Of a DNA stretch of 64,000 nt, positions 23,761 to 33,605 are shown piece by piece; the first letter of the stretch is position 1, and each line of letters begins with the position of its first letter. The notes beneath the pieces are model-generated. The model did not search any database and was not told the DNA's origin. It saw nothing but the letters and a program-made list of their open reading frames with translations. Origin of the DNA: an uncultured Spirochaetota bacterium (GTDB taxonomy: Bacteria > Spirochaetota > Spirochaetia > SZUA-6 > Fen-1364); contig CAVUXE010000015.1 in the NCBI GenBank assembly GCA_963745235.1, positions 196,473 to 260,472 of the forward strand, read 5' to 3'. Position numbers and translations under genes: made by a program.

Positions 23761-25012
23761 TGGCAGACCGACGCGAGCCTGGCTGGATGCAGGAGCTGCG
23801 GGCAAAGGCGCAGGAGCGTTTCGACGCCATGAGCTGGCCCACCACCTCGGACGAGGAATGGCGGCGCACGGACGTGAGCGGGATCGATGCTCTGTCCTAC
23901 GTCCCCATCCCGAGGGCGGTCGGCAGCGCAAAGCCGGGCGGGGGCCCGCGGGCGGGATTTGCGGGAACGCTTCGATTCGACGCCGCGCAGGTGGTCGAAT
24001 CCTCGATAGCGAGCAATGGCAGAAGAGCGGGGTTCGTTTTGTTTCCCTGGACACGGCGCTGGAAGAGCTCGAAAAGCCCCTGAGCGATTTCTTCGATGAG
24101 GGGGTGGATGCGGCGGACAACAGGTTTGCCGTGTGGCACTACGCATCCTGGAGCCACGGCGCGCTTCTCCTTGTGCCGGCGGGCCTGGAGGTAGCCGAGC
24201 CGTTCATCATCGACTTCACCGAGAGGGGCACGGGAGCGCTCAGCTCCCCCCATGTCACCGTCGTGCTCGGAGAGGGAGCGCGCGCCTCCGTCATCCAGCG
24301 CCTTCGAGGGGATCCCGATGGGAAGGAAGAGCGGCTCCTGTGCAACGCCGGGCTGGACCTTGTCCTCTCGGACGCCTCGGCCCTTACCTACTACGAGGCG
24401 CAGGACCTGGGACCGCAGTCGCTGTACTTCCGCCACGCCCGCACGCGCAGCGGGAGGGACACCTCGCTTCGGCATTACGATGCGGCGCTGGGCGCCAGGC
24501 TGGTGAAGACGCGGATAGAGTGCGGGCTTGTCGGGAAAGGAAGCGAGGCGTACCTGAACGGGGTCTACTTCTGCCGGGATGGCCAGCACATGGACATCCG
24601 CACCGTGCAGCGCCATCACTCTCCCTCGGCGACGAGCAGGGCGTACTACAAGGGTGCCGTGGCGGGCGGGGGCCGCACCGTGTTCCAGGGCCTGATCGAG
24701 GTAGACACGGGCGCATCGGGAACAGACGCTTACCTCACCAACCGCAACCTGATCCTCGGAGACGGCGCGCGCTCGGACTCGATCCCGACCCTGCGGATCG
24801 GCAACAACGACGTGCGTTGCAGCCACGGTTCCACCACGGGCCGCCTCAGCGAGGAAGAGTTGTTCTACCTGGAGAGCAGGGGCCTGTCACGGAACGAGGC
24901 GCGGGAGATGCTCGTGACGGGGTACTTCGAGGACTTGCTGGACAGCGCTCCCGATGTCTACCGGGAGGACACCATGGAGCGGATCCGTACCCGGCTGGCA
25001 AACGCGGCATGA
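23757..25012 (+). CDS. sufD: Fe-S assembly protein SufD (frameshift near 24020)
   Basis: EEWRRT; [17 protein letters not shown]; LFYLESRG. Confidence 0.9.
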
Positions 25013-25335
25013 GCGCGGCGGTGCAGACCTGGGTCAGGGTCGCCGCGGAAAATGAGCTGGTGACCAGCATGTGTGTGCTCGTGGAGGGAAAGGCAGTTGC
25101 GCTTTTTCGCACGGAGGAAGGGGTGTTTGCCCTTGATGATGTGTGCTCCCATGAGTATTCCCGCCTGTCGGAGGGAGAGATATGGGAAGGGGAGGTATAT
25201 TGCCCCAAGCATGGGTCCCGCTTCGCCCTGGCGACGGGAGCGGTGACGGGGCTTCCTGCAACGCAGCCGGTCCGCTCATGGCCGGTCAAGATTGAAGACG
25301 GGGGAATCTGGATAGCATGGCAGTCGCAAAAGTAG
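25009..25335 (+). CDS. Rieske-type ferredoxin
   Basis: CSH...CPKHGS ligands; ATGA overlap with sufD. Confidence 0.9.
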   Translation: MSAAVQTWVRVAAENELVTSMCVLVEGKAVALFRTEEGVFALDDVCSHEYSRLSEGEIWEGEVYCPKHGSRFALATGAVTGLPATQPVRSWPVKIEDGGIWIAWQSQK

Positions 25336-26564
25336 CCCACATGGGGGCGCGTACGGTGGAGGATGTGCGGGAGGATTTCCCCATCCTCGACCGGACAGTG
25401 CACGGCAGGCCCCTTGCCTACCTGGACAACGCGGCCACCTCGCAGAAGCCTCGCGCCGTGCTGGACGCAATCCGCGTCTACTATGAGCGCGGGAACGCCA
25501 ACGTCCATCGCGCGCTCCATGCCCTGGGAGAGGAAGCAACGGCCGCTTTCGAGCAGAACAGGGGAAAGGTCCAGCGCTTTCTGAATGCGAGCTCGAAGAG
25601 AGAGATCGTCTTCACGCGGGGAACCACGGAGGCGATCAACCTGGTGGCGAGCGCGTGGGGGGACAGGTTCCTGAAAAAGGGGGACGTGGTCCTCGTCACC
25701 GACATGGAGCACCACTCCAACCTGGTGCCGTGGCAGCTCGCCTGTGCCCGCAAGGGGTGCACCCTTGCCTTCATCCCCCTGATGCCGGACGGTCAGCTCG
25801 ACCTTGCCGCGGCCGAGCGTGAATGGACTGACCGGGTGCGGATTGTTGCGCTGACGCACGTGTCCAACGTGCTGGGCACCGTGAACGACGTGAAGGCCAT
25901 AACGGCGATGGCTCACGCCCGGGGCGCGGTCGTGCTGGTGGACGGAGCGCAGTCCGTGCCCCACTTCCGGGTGGACGTGGCCGACATCGGCTGCGACTTC
26001 CTGGCCTTCTCGGGCCACAAGATGTGCGGACCGATGGGGATCGGCGTCCTGTACGGCAGGGAGCAACTGCTGGAGCAGATGCCGCCCTGGATGGGCGGCG
26101 GAGAGATGATCAGCGCGGTCTGGCGGGAGAAGTCCACCTGGAACGAGCTGCCGTACAAGTTCGAAGCCGGCACCCCGAACGTCGAGGGGGCAATCGGCCT
26201 GGGCGCCGCCATCGACTACCTCCACGGGCTGGAGTTTCCCGCCATCGAGGCCTGGGAGGCAGAGCTCACGCGATACGCCCTGGGACGCCTGGCAGAAATC
26301 CCGGCGCTGACGCTCTACGGCGCTGCCCCGCGGCGGGGAGCGGTCATTTCCTTCAACCTTGGCGCCATCCACGCCCACGACATTGCCCAGTACCTGGACA
26401 AGGAGGGAATCGCGGTCCGCGCGGGGCACCACTGCGCACAGCCCCTGATGCGGCTGCTGGACGTTCCGGGAACGGCCCGCGCGAGCTTCTCCTTCTACAA
26501 CACGTTTTCCGAGATCGACCGGCTGCACGACGCCCTGCTGGGGGCGGCGGAGTTCTACGCGTGA
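25317..26564 (+). CDS. sufS: Cysteine desulfurase SufS
   Basis: YLDNAATSQKP, FSGHKM and RAGHHCAQP. Confidence 0.96.
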   Translation: MAVAKVAHMGARTVEDVREDFPILDRTVHGRPLAYLDNAATSQKPRAVLDAIRVYYERGNANVHRALHALGEEATAAFEQNRGKVQRFLNASSKREIVFTRGTTEAINLVASAWGDRFLKKGDVVLVTDMEHHSNLVPWQLACARKGCTLAFIPLMPDGQLDLAAAEREWTDRVRIVALTHVSNVLGTVNDVKAITAMAHARGAVVLVDGAQSVPHFRVDVADIGCDFLAFSGHKMCGPMGIGVLYGREQLLEQMPPWMGGGEMISAVWREKSTWNELPYKFEAGTPNVEGAIGLGAAIDYLHGLEFPAIEAWEAELTRYALGRLAEIPALTLYGAAPRRGAVISFNLGAIHAHDIAQYLDKEGIAVRAGHHCAQPLMRLLDVPGTARASFSFYNTFSEIDRLHDALLGAAEFYA

Positions 26565-27049
26565 ACGCCTTCGATGACCTGTACCAGGAAATCGTCCTGG
26601 ACCACTACCGCTCCCCGCGGAACAAGGCGCGGCTGGACGACGTCCCTGAGTCAATGGTCCACGAGAACCCGTCCTGCGGAGACTCCATCAAGCTGGAAGT
26701 CGTCGTGGACGAGGACGGGAAGCTCCAGGGCGTGCGCTTCGACGGGCGGGGGTGCGCAATCAGCACCGCCTCCGCGTCTCTCATGACGGAGAAGCTCAAG
26801 GGCCTCTCCGTTGTCGAAGCCCGCGCCTACGCGGAACAGTTCATCCGGTCGCTGCGGGGGGATGCTCCCGTGGAGGCGCTGGACGACATGGGTGACCTGG
26901 CGGCCTTCAAGGGAGTTGCGCAATTCCCGGTTCGCGTGAAATGCGCCACCCTCGCGTGGCATGCGCTCCTCCTCAGCCTGCCGAAGGCAGGCGCGCCAAA
27001 GGCGGCCGAGGCCGCCCCCGGCGCCCTGCGAGGTTTGGACGGCCGATAG
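26561..27049 (+). CDS. sufU: SufU (NifU-like) sulfur-transfer protein
   Basis: LYQEIVLDHY, NPSCGD, GCAISTAS and RVKCATL; GTG start. Confidence 0.93.
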   Translation: MNAFDDLYQEIVLDHYRSPRNKARLDDVPESMVHENPSCGDSIKLEVVVDEDGKLQGVRFDGRGCAISTASASLMTEKLKGLSVVEARAYAEQFIRSLRGDAPVEALDDMGDLAAFKGVAQFPVRVKCATLAWHALLLSLPKAGAPKAAEAAPGALRGLDGR

Positions 27050-27127
27050 GCCGCCCGTGCTGCATCGGCAGCCGAGGCCTTCGCAACCGTAGTTTTCCTC
27101 GCCACCGGGACCGGATTTCCCTATCTT

Positions 27128-28200
27128 ATGTCCATGTTTGAATGCTTCGATCCTCGCGAGGGCAAGATGCTCTCGCTCCTGGACGAGTCAGGCACCCTGC
27201 ATGCTCCTCCAGAGGGCTTCCCCCTGCTCAGCGGGGAGCAGGCCCTCACGGCGTACCGCGCCATGATCCTGGCCCGCGCGGCCGACGAGTGGGCCCTCAG
27301 CCTCAACAGGCAGGGCCGGATGCCGACCTACGCTCTGAACGAGGGGCAGGAGGCCAACTCGGTGGGAGCGCTCATGGCCCTGCAACCCGACGACTGGTTC
27401 GTCCCGGCATTCCGCGAGCTGGGCGGCATGCTGATGCGCGGCCTCACGCTCGCCCAGTACTATCTGTACTGGTACGGCAACGAGGAAGGAAGCAGGCTGG
27501 CCCCGGAGACCTTCCACATGATGCCGATCGCGGTGCCCGTGGGAAGCCAGATGGTGCACGCCGTTGGAATTGCCTGGGCGGAAGGTATCGCGGCACAAGC
27601 CGCGTCGTGGCCACCTTCATGGGAGAAGGGGCGACATCCGAGGGAGATTTCCACGAAGCATGCAACCTCGCCGGAGTATGGAAAGCGGGGGTCATTTTCT
27701 ACGTGCAGAACAACCATTGGGCCATCTCGCTTCCGTGGGAGAAGCAGAGCGCTTCACCCACGGTTGCTGAGAAGGCCTTTGCATACGGCTTCGAGGGCGT
27801 GCGCATTGACGGCAATGACATCTTTGCCGTGTACGCGGCCGTGAAGATGGCCGCGGAGAAAGCGCGCCGCGGAGAGGGACCGACGCTTATCGAGGGGCTG
27901 ACGTACCGTCTCGGAGCGCACACCACCTCGGATGACCCGACCAAGTACAGGAAGGAAGAGGACGTGAATCGCTGGAAGCAGCGGGACCCGGTCATTCGAC
28001 TCGAACGCTTCCTCCTGGACCGGGAGATCCTGACGGCGGAGGACATGCGCGCCATCCGGGAGGAGTGCGTGAGGTGGGCTCGAGAGAGCTTCGAGGAGGT
28101 CGAGCGCCAGGAGGATCCGACGCTGGAGGACGCTTTCCGCTATCTCTTCCGCGACATGCCGCCCATCCTCCAGGAGCAGATGGCCCGGAGGAAAGGGTGA
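27128..28200 (+). CDS. pdhA: 2-oxoacid (pyruvate) dehydrogenase E1 alpha (frameshift near 27580)
   Basis: RQGR...GQEA; GEGATSEGDF...QNN TPP motif; YRLGAHTTSDDP. Confidence 0.85.
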
Positions 28201-29179
28201 GAGTCCTGACGCTCCTGGAGGCGGTCACCGACGGGCTTCGCGCGGAGATGTCAGCGGACCAGTCGGTGGTGGTCTTCGGCCAGGATGTCGGGGTGGAGGG
28301 CGGCGTCTTTCGAGCCACGGCCGGTCTTCAGCGGGATTTCGGCGAGTCACGGTGTTTCGACACGCCGCTGGTTGAATCCGGGATTGTCGGGGCAGCAATC
28401 GGGATGGCCGTCGCGGGGCTTCGCCCTGTGGTGGAGATCCAGTTCTCGGGCTTCGCCCTCTCTGCCTTCAACCAGATCGTCAACCACGCGGCGCGCATAC
28501 GCAACAGGACGAGGGGGGCCCTGAGCGCTCCCATGGTCATCCGCACGCCGTATGGCGGCGGCATCCGGGCGCCGGAGCACCACTCGGAAAGCATGGAAGC
28601 CCTTTTTGCTCACACTCCCGGGCTCAAAGTGGTGGTGCCCTCCACGCCGCATGATGCAAAGGGCCTGCTGATCTCAGCCATCCGGGACCCTGATCCCGTG
28701 ATCTTCCTCGAGCCCGCGCGCGCGTACCGCGCGGTGCGCCAGCAGGTCCCCGAGCAGGCGTACGCCGTTCCGATCGGGAAGGCGAAGATCGAGGAGACGG
28801 GAACCGAGCTGACCCTCGTGTCCTACGGCGCGCAGATGATGGAAGCGCGCCAGGCGCGCGCGGTGCTCGCCGCTTCCGGCCGCTCCGTGGAGCTCATCGA
28901 CCTTCGCACCATCTACCCCTTCGATGCAAAGACCGTCGTGGAGTCGGTCCGAAAAACCGGGCGGCTGCTCGTGGTGCATGAAGGACCGCAGAGCTTCGGC
29001 GTCGCCTCGGAGCTGATCGCGACGGTCATGGACAAGGCCTTCGACGTGCTGCAAGCCCCGCCGGCGCGCTGACGGGCCCTGACGTCATCGTCCCGCTCCC
29101 CCGGGGAGAGCGACACTACCTCATTTCCGCGGAGCAGGTGATCGCGGAAGCAAGAAAGGTGCTCAGCTATGAGCCATGA
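28197..29179 (+). CDS. pdhB: 2-oxoacid dehydrogenase E1 beta (frameshift near 29070)
   Basis: GQDVG..GGVFR, DTPLVE, EHHSES and ELIDLRT. Confidence 0.87.
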
Positions 29180-30443
29180 TGCGACGATGCACGAGTTCAG
29201 GTTCCCCGATATCGGCGAGGGCCTCACCGAAGGAAGGATTGTCGAAGTCCGGGTGGCATGCGGTCAGCACGTGCGCCAGGGAGACGCCCTGGCGGTCGTT
29301 GAGACGGACAAGGTCGTCACCGAGATCCCGTCACCGTTCGATGGAGAGATCGTCGAGCTTCCCGTCAGCCCCGGCGCGGTGGTCCACGTGGGTGAGATCG
29401 TCGCGCTGATCAGGACAAGGGCCGCGGCGACGGCCCAGTCGGGAGATCACTCGGCTTCCGTCGTGGGCAAGCTGGACTCCGCCGCGGGAGGCCTGCTCCC
29501 GCCGAGCACGGAAGGCTTGGTGCCGCCCATCGCGCCCGCGACCCAGGGGAACGGCAGCGCCGCGCCGGCTTTGCAGACGGCGGTCCCCCTCTCAGGGTCG
29601 CCGGTAGCCCCTACGTCGCCTGCGGTCCCCCTCGCGCTCCGCGCCACCCCGCTTGCCCGCAAGATTGCGTCGGATTCCGGGATCGACCTCTCCCTGGTCA
29701 CGGGAACCGGCCCGGGCGGAAGGATACTCAAGCGGGACCTCCCGGCTCACCAGGGGAGCGGACCGCTTCGCGTGAAGCTTTCCACGCTCAGGACCGCGAT
29801 AGCCGTGGCCATGGAAAGAAGCCAGGCCATCCCGGCGGCGGCGGTCCACGACTGGACCGTGGTGGACGAGCTTCTGAAGCTGCGCAAAGCGATGAACGAA
29901 GGATTGAGAGAAAAGCTCGGGCTCCTTGCGTTTTTCATCAAGGCGGCCGCAATGGCGCTTCGCAAGTTCCCTCTCCTGAGCTCCATCTACTTCCCTGAGA
30001 AGCGGGAATACGAGACGCACGAGAGCCCCAACATCGGGGTAGCCGTGGACACGGATGAGGGGCTTGTCGTGCCGGTCATCCGCAACTCCGACGGCCTTGG
30101 CCTCGACGGGATCCAGGCCGAGCTCACCCGGCTCACCGCCCGGGCGAGATCCCGCCAGCTCTCCCTGGAGGAAATCCGGGGCGGCACGTTCACAATCTCG
30201 AACTTCGGCTCATTCTCCGGGGTGTTCGGAAATCCCATGATCCTTCCACCGCAGGTGGCAATCCTCGGAGTGGGACGGATCCACGAGATGGCAGTGGTCA
30301 AGAATGGAGCAGTCTCGCCGGCTTCCGTGCTTCCCCTGTCCCTCGTGGTGGACCACCGCCTCATCGACGGGGTCTACGCCTGCAAGTTCCTCGCCAGGTT
30401 CATGGAGCTGATTTCGCAGCCGGCGCTGTTTGCAACCGCGTAA
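29169..30443 (+). CDS. pdhC: Dihydrolipoamide acyltransferase E2
   Basis: Lipoyl motif ETDKV, E3-binding ATPLARK...GTGPGGRI and catalytic DHRLIDG. Confidence 0.92.
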   Translation: MSHDATMHEFRFPDIGEGLTEGRIVEVRVACGQHVRQGDALAVVETDKVVTEIPSPFDGEIVELPVSPGAVVHVGEIVALIRTRAAATAQSGDHSASVVGKLDSAAGGLLPPSTEGLVPPIAPATQGNGSAAPALQTAVPLSGSPVAPTSPAVPLALRATPLARKIASDSGIDLSLVTGTGPGGRILKRDLPAHQGSGPLRVKLSTLRTAIAVAMERSQAIPAAAVHDWTVVDELLKLRKAMNEGLREKLGLLAFFIKAAAMALRKFPLLSSIYFPEKREYETHESPNIGVAVDTDEGLVVPVIRNSDGLGLDGIQAELTRLTARARSRQLSLEEIRGGTFTISNFGSFSGVFGNPMILPPQVAILGVGRIHEMAVVKNGAVSPASVLPLSLVVDHRLIDGVYACKFLARFMELISQPALFATA

Positions 30444-30462
30444 GGCCTGCTGCTGGTTGCCG

Positions 30463-30556
30463 GCCGGCAAGCAGGGCGTGGCGCCGGCAAGCAGAGCGTG
30501 GCCGGCAAGCAGGGCGTGGCCGGCAAACAGAGCGTGCCCGGGCAAGCAGGGCGCGC
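30463..30556. repeat. 18-bp tandem repeat, about 5 copies (GCCGGCAAGCAG[G/A]GCGTG)
   Basis: Units start at 30463, 30483, 30501, 30519 and ~30537, between pdhC and sodA. Confidence 0.85.
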
Positions 30557-30654
30557 CGGTCTTCGCCTGATTCGTGTTTGTACTCCTGAAAGCCTTTGCC
30601 TATACCTGAGCAAAATACTAATATTTACATGTCCAAATTACACACAGGAGGTAG

Positions 30655-31269
30655 ATGATGCCATTCACTCTTCCCGACCTTCCTTATCCCTTTGACGCGC
30701 TGGAGCCCCACATCGATGCAAAGACGATGGAGATCCACCACGACAAGCATCACGGCACATACGTCGCGCGACTGAACACCGCGCTGGAGAAGGCGCCCGG
30801 TTTCCAGAACAAGCCCATCGATGAGATTCTGCAATCCCTGGACAAGATCCCCAAAGAGGTGCAGACAGCGGTTCGAAACCATGGCGGCGGTCATTACAAC
30901 CACACGATGCTCTGGAAGATGATCGGCCCTCGCGCGGGCGGCAAACCATCCGGAGACCTTGCGAAGGCGATCGACAGGAAGTTCGGGAGCTTCGACACCT
31001 TCAAGGAGCAGTTCACCACCGCTGCGTCGAACCTCTTCGGAAGCGGATGGGCATGGCTCGCGGTGGACCCCTCCGGCGATTTGTCCGTCATCACCACGCC
31101 GAACCAGGACAATCCGATCTCCCAGGGACTGAAGCCGATCTTCGGCATCGACGTCTGGGAGCACGCGTACTACCTGAAGTACCAGAACAAGCGTCCCGAC
31201 TACATCGCGGCGTACTGGAACGTGGTCGCCTGGCCGAACGTCGAGGAAAACTTCAAGAAGGCGCGCTGA
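30655..31269 (+). CDS. sodA: Superoxide dismutase, Mn-type signature
   Basis: HHDKHH, NHGGGHYNH, PNQD and DVWEHAYY. Confidence 0.95.
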   Translation: MMPFTLPDLPYPFDALEPHIDAKTMEIHHDKHHGTYVARLNTALEKAPGFQNKPIDEILQSLDKIPKEVQTAVRNHGGGHYNHTMLWKMIGPRAGGKPSGDLAKAIDRKFGSFDTFKEQFTTAASNLFGSGWAWLAVDPSGDLSVITTPNQDNPISQGLKPIFGIDVWEHAYYLKYQNKRPDYIAAYWNVVAWPNVEENFKKAR

Positions 31270-32112
31270 ATGTCGACGCGGAGGATTGCCGTCACCGGCG
31301 GGAGCGGGAAAGCGGGGCGGGCCATCGTCAGGGACCTTCTGGATCACGGCTACGAAGTCCTGAACGTGGACCTTGTCCCGCCCGCGGAGCGGCTGTGCAC
31401 TTTCCTCACGGCAGACCTGTGCAGGCTCGGAGAGGTGTTCGAGAGCCTCCACGGCTGCAGCGCGGTGGTTCACATGGCGGCAATACCGGCCCCGGGGCTC
31501 ATGACGGAAGAGGCGACGTTCAGGACAAACGCGGAGTCAACGTTCAACGTCTTCGCCGCAGCAACGGCCCTGCGGATGGAGAGGGTCGTCTGGGCATCAA
31601 GCGAGACGACCCTCGGGCTGCCCTTCGAGCGTGAGAAGCCCGCCTTCGCCCCCATCGACGAGAGCCATCCCCTGTATCCCGAGTCCAGCTACGCGCTCTC
31701 GAAGGTGCTTGGAGAAGAGATGGCCCGGCAATACAGCCGGTGGACAGGAATACCTTTTGTCGGCCTGCGGTTCTCGAACATCATGGAGCCGGGTGACTAC
31801 AAGGCTTTCCCCTCCTACTGGAAGGACGCCCGGCTTCGGAAGTGGAACCTCTGGGGATACGTGGATGCCCGCGACGTTGCGCAAAGCTGCAGGCTTGCCC
31901 TTGAAGAGCCGGCCGATGGCGCCCAGGCATTCATCATCGCCGCCGCGGATACGGTGATGAACCGCTCCAGCAGGGACCTCATGCAGGAAGTCTACCCGTC
32001 GGTCTCTCTCAGGGGGAATGTGGGGGAGTTCGAAACCCTTCTGTCCATCCGGAAGGCCCGCTCAGCGCTCGGCTATGCGCCGCGCTGGTCATGGCGGGAC
32101 CACGTCAGCTAG
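31270..32112 (+). CDS. NAD-dependent epimerase/dehydratase
   Basis: TGGSGKAG and YALSK. Confidence 0.9.
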   Translation: MSTRRIAVTGGSGKAGRAIVRDLLDHGYEVLNVDLVPPAERLCTFLTADLCRLGEVFESLHGCSAVVHMAAIPAPGLMTEEATFRTNAESTFNVFAAATALRMERVVWASSETTLGLPFEREKPAFAPIDESHPLYPESSYALSKVLGEEMARQYSRWTGIPFVGLRFSNIMEPGDYKAFPSYWKDARLRKWNLWGYVDARDVAQSCRLALEEPADGAQAFIIAAADTVMNRSSRDLMQEVYPSVSLRGNVGEFETLLSIRKARSALGYAPRWSWRDHVS

Positions 32113-32300
32113 ACGACTTTGACGATCTTGCCGCCGCGGAGGCAGCGTGTGCACACCTTCAGAGTGGTCTTTGTCATTCCGACCATTGTCTGGACTTTGT
32201 GAATGTTGGGCTTCCACGTGCGGCGCGTCCTATTCTTGGCGTGGCTCACCTTGTTGCCCGTTACAGTTCCCTTGCCGCATATGTCACACCTGCGCGCCAT
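32109..32300 (-). CDS. rpmB: 50S ribosomal protein L28 (CxxC/CxxC zinc form)
   Basis: MARRCDICGKG...GNKVSHA.NRTRRTWKPN...VCTRCLR. Confidence 0.96.
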   Translation of the reverse strand: MARRCDICGKGTVTGNKVSHAKNRTRRTWKPNIHKVQTMVGMTKTTLKVCTRCLRGGKIVKVV

Positions 32301-32339
32301 AATTTCCTCACATTGCTCCGTTTGAGTGCTTGACGCAGA

Positions 32340-32368
32340 AACATACTGGAAAAGCGCGGTTGTGTAAA
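32340..32368 (-). promoter_or_regulatory. Sigma70 promoter for rpmB (TTTACA-N17-TATGTT)
   Basis: Hexamers with 17-nt spacing on the minus strand, 40 nt upstream of rpmB. Confidence 0.55.
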
Positions 32369-32372
32369 GGGC

Positions 32373-33026
32373 TCAGCGAACGGGCGAAGGAGCCTGCGGC
32401 GGGAGGACCACCCTGTCCAGAGCCGCCTCCGCGCCCTCAAGCTGCAGCCCGCGCCGGCGGGCTTCGGCCAGGTCCAACTTCCCCGTCAGCAGGCCGAGAA
32501 CCTGCGACCCCGTGCCGGTGACCACGGCATCCGGATTCCGGGCATGGCCAGGAGTGACGCGAACGGCCCCCTCAACGGTCTGGAGAATCATCGGCTCGTC
32601 CCCCGTGCGCAGCTCGATGGTGATGGGAGGCTGCTCCGGCCTCGTGTCCTTCAAATGCGCCTCCAGGGGAAGCTTCAACCAGTGACTTCGAAACGAATCA
32701 TCGCCGATGGGCCGGGTCACAAGGGGCCTTCCCCATTTGCCCAGGGAATCAAGAACCGGCTTGAGCTCCTTGCCCCGCTCTGTCAGATGAAAGAGGGTGG
32801 TGGCAACGGGCGGCGGAGCAGCCTCCCGATAGATGATGCCTGCCTTCTCCATTCCCCGAAGTCGCTCGGCCAGGAGGTTGGTTGGAATTCCGGGCAGCCC
32901 GTTCTGGATGTCGGTATAGCGGCAGGAGCCGCGGATCAGGAGCTCGCGGACAATGAGGAGGGTCCAACGCTCTCCCAGGACATCCAGGGACTGCGCGATT
33001 GCGCAATATTCACCATAAGAACGCAT
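32373..33026 (-). CDS. HxlR-family winged-helix regulator with C-terminal SCP2-like domain
   Basis: YGEYCAIAQSLDVLGERWTLLIVREL; C-terminal LDLAEARRRGLQLEG. Confidence 0.85.
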   Translation of the reverse strand: MRSYGEYCAIAQSLDVLGERWTLLIVRELLIRGSCRYTDIQNGLPGIPTNLLAERLRGMEKAGIIYREAAPPPVATTLFHLTERGKELKPVLDSLGKWGRPLVTRPIGDDSFRSHWLKLPLEAHLKDTRPEQPPITIELRTGDEPMILQTVEGAVRVTPGHARNPDAVVTGTGSQVLGLLTGKLDLAEARRRGLQLEGAEAALDRVVLPPQAPSPVR

Positions 33027-33078
33027 GATTTTCATAATACGCATGGAGCTTGACTATTTCAAGTCTTAGCTTCAGTTT

Positions 33079-33579
33079 ATGATGGAGAGGAGACACGTCG
33101 TGGCAGAAAAAAAACGAATCGCATCCGCCAGCGGCAGGGCCCGCGCCGTCGCAGACCTTGCGGAAGGCCGCATCCTGGCAAGCGTGGAGGTCGCGGCTGC
33201 TCCGGAAGTGGCTTTTCGCGCGCTGGCCTCGAAAGAGATCACCAGTTGGTGGGTCAGGCCGGGCGTTTTTGACACGAGGGAGTGGACGGGGGAAGTGGAA
33301 GCGGGCGGCGCATGGCAGGCTTCAGGCATGGCCAAGGGCAAGCCCTACACCCTGGAGGGACAGTTCCTCGAGGTGGATCCGCCGCGAAAGCTGGTGCACA
33401 CGTGGCACACGGTGGGCACCCCGGGCGCCCATACCACGGTGACCTGCCTCCTGGAGCGGCTCAACGAGGGCACGCGAATCACGCTGCGGCATACCGGCTT
33501 CGCTTCCCGCGAGGCGTGCATCAACACGTGCATCGGATGGGAGACGAGCTTCGAAAAGCTGGTGGAGATCCTTTCGTAG
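33079..33579 (+). CDS. SRPBCC/AHSA1-like domain protein
   Basis: APEVAFRAL...WW, EVDPPRKLVHTW and GTRITLRHTGF...GW; divergent from hxlR. Confidence 0.85.
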   Translation: MMERRHVVAEKKRIASASGRARAVADLAEGRILASVEVAAAPEVAFRALASKEITSWWVRPGVFDTREWTGEVEAGGAWQASGMAKGKPYTLEGQFLEVDPPRKLVHTWHTVGTPGAHTTVTCLLERLNEGTRITLRHTGFASREACINTCIGWETSFEKLVEILS

Positions 33580-33605
33580 CAGGCTGTCGGCCTGCGGACC
33601 CGCTG

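Noticed and set aside
29060-29075. Selenocysteine or read-through TGA in pdhB
   Set aside because: Homology continues in a shifted frame (TGPDVIVP), so this is a 1-nt deletion
30463-30556. CRISPR array or coding repeat
   Set aside because: 18-bp units without spacers; overlapping ORFs have no family signal
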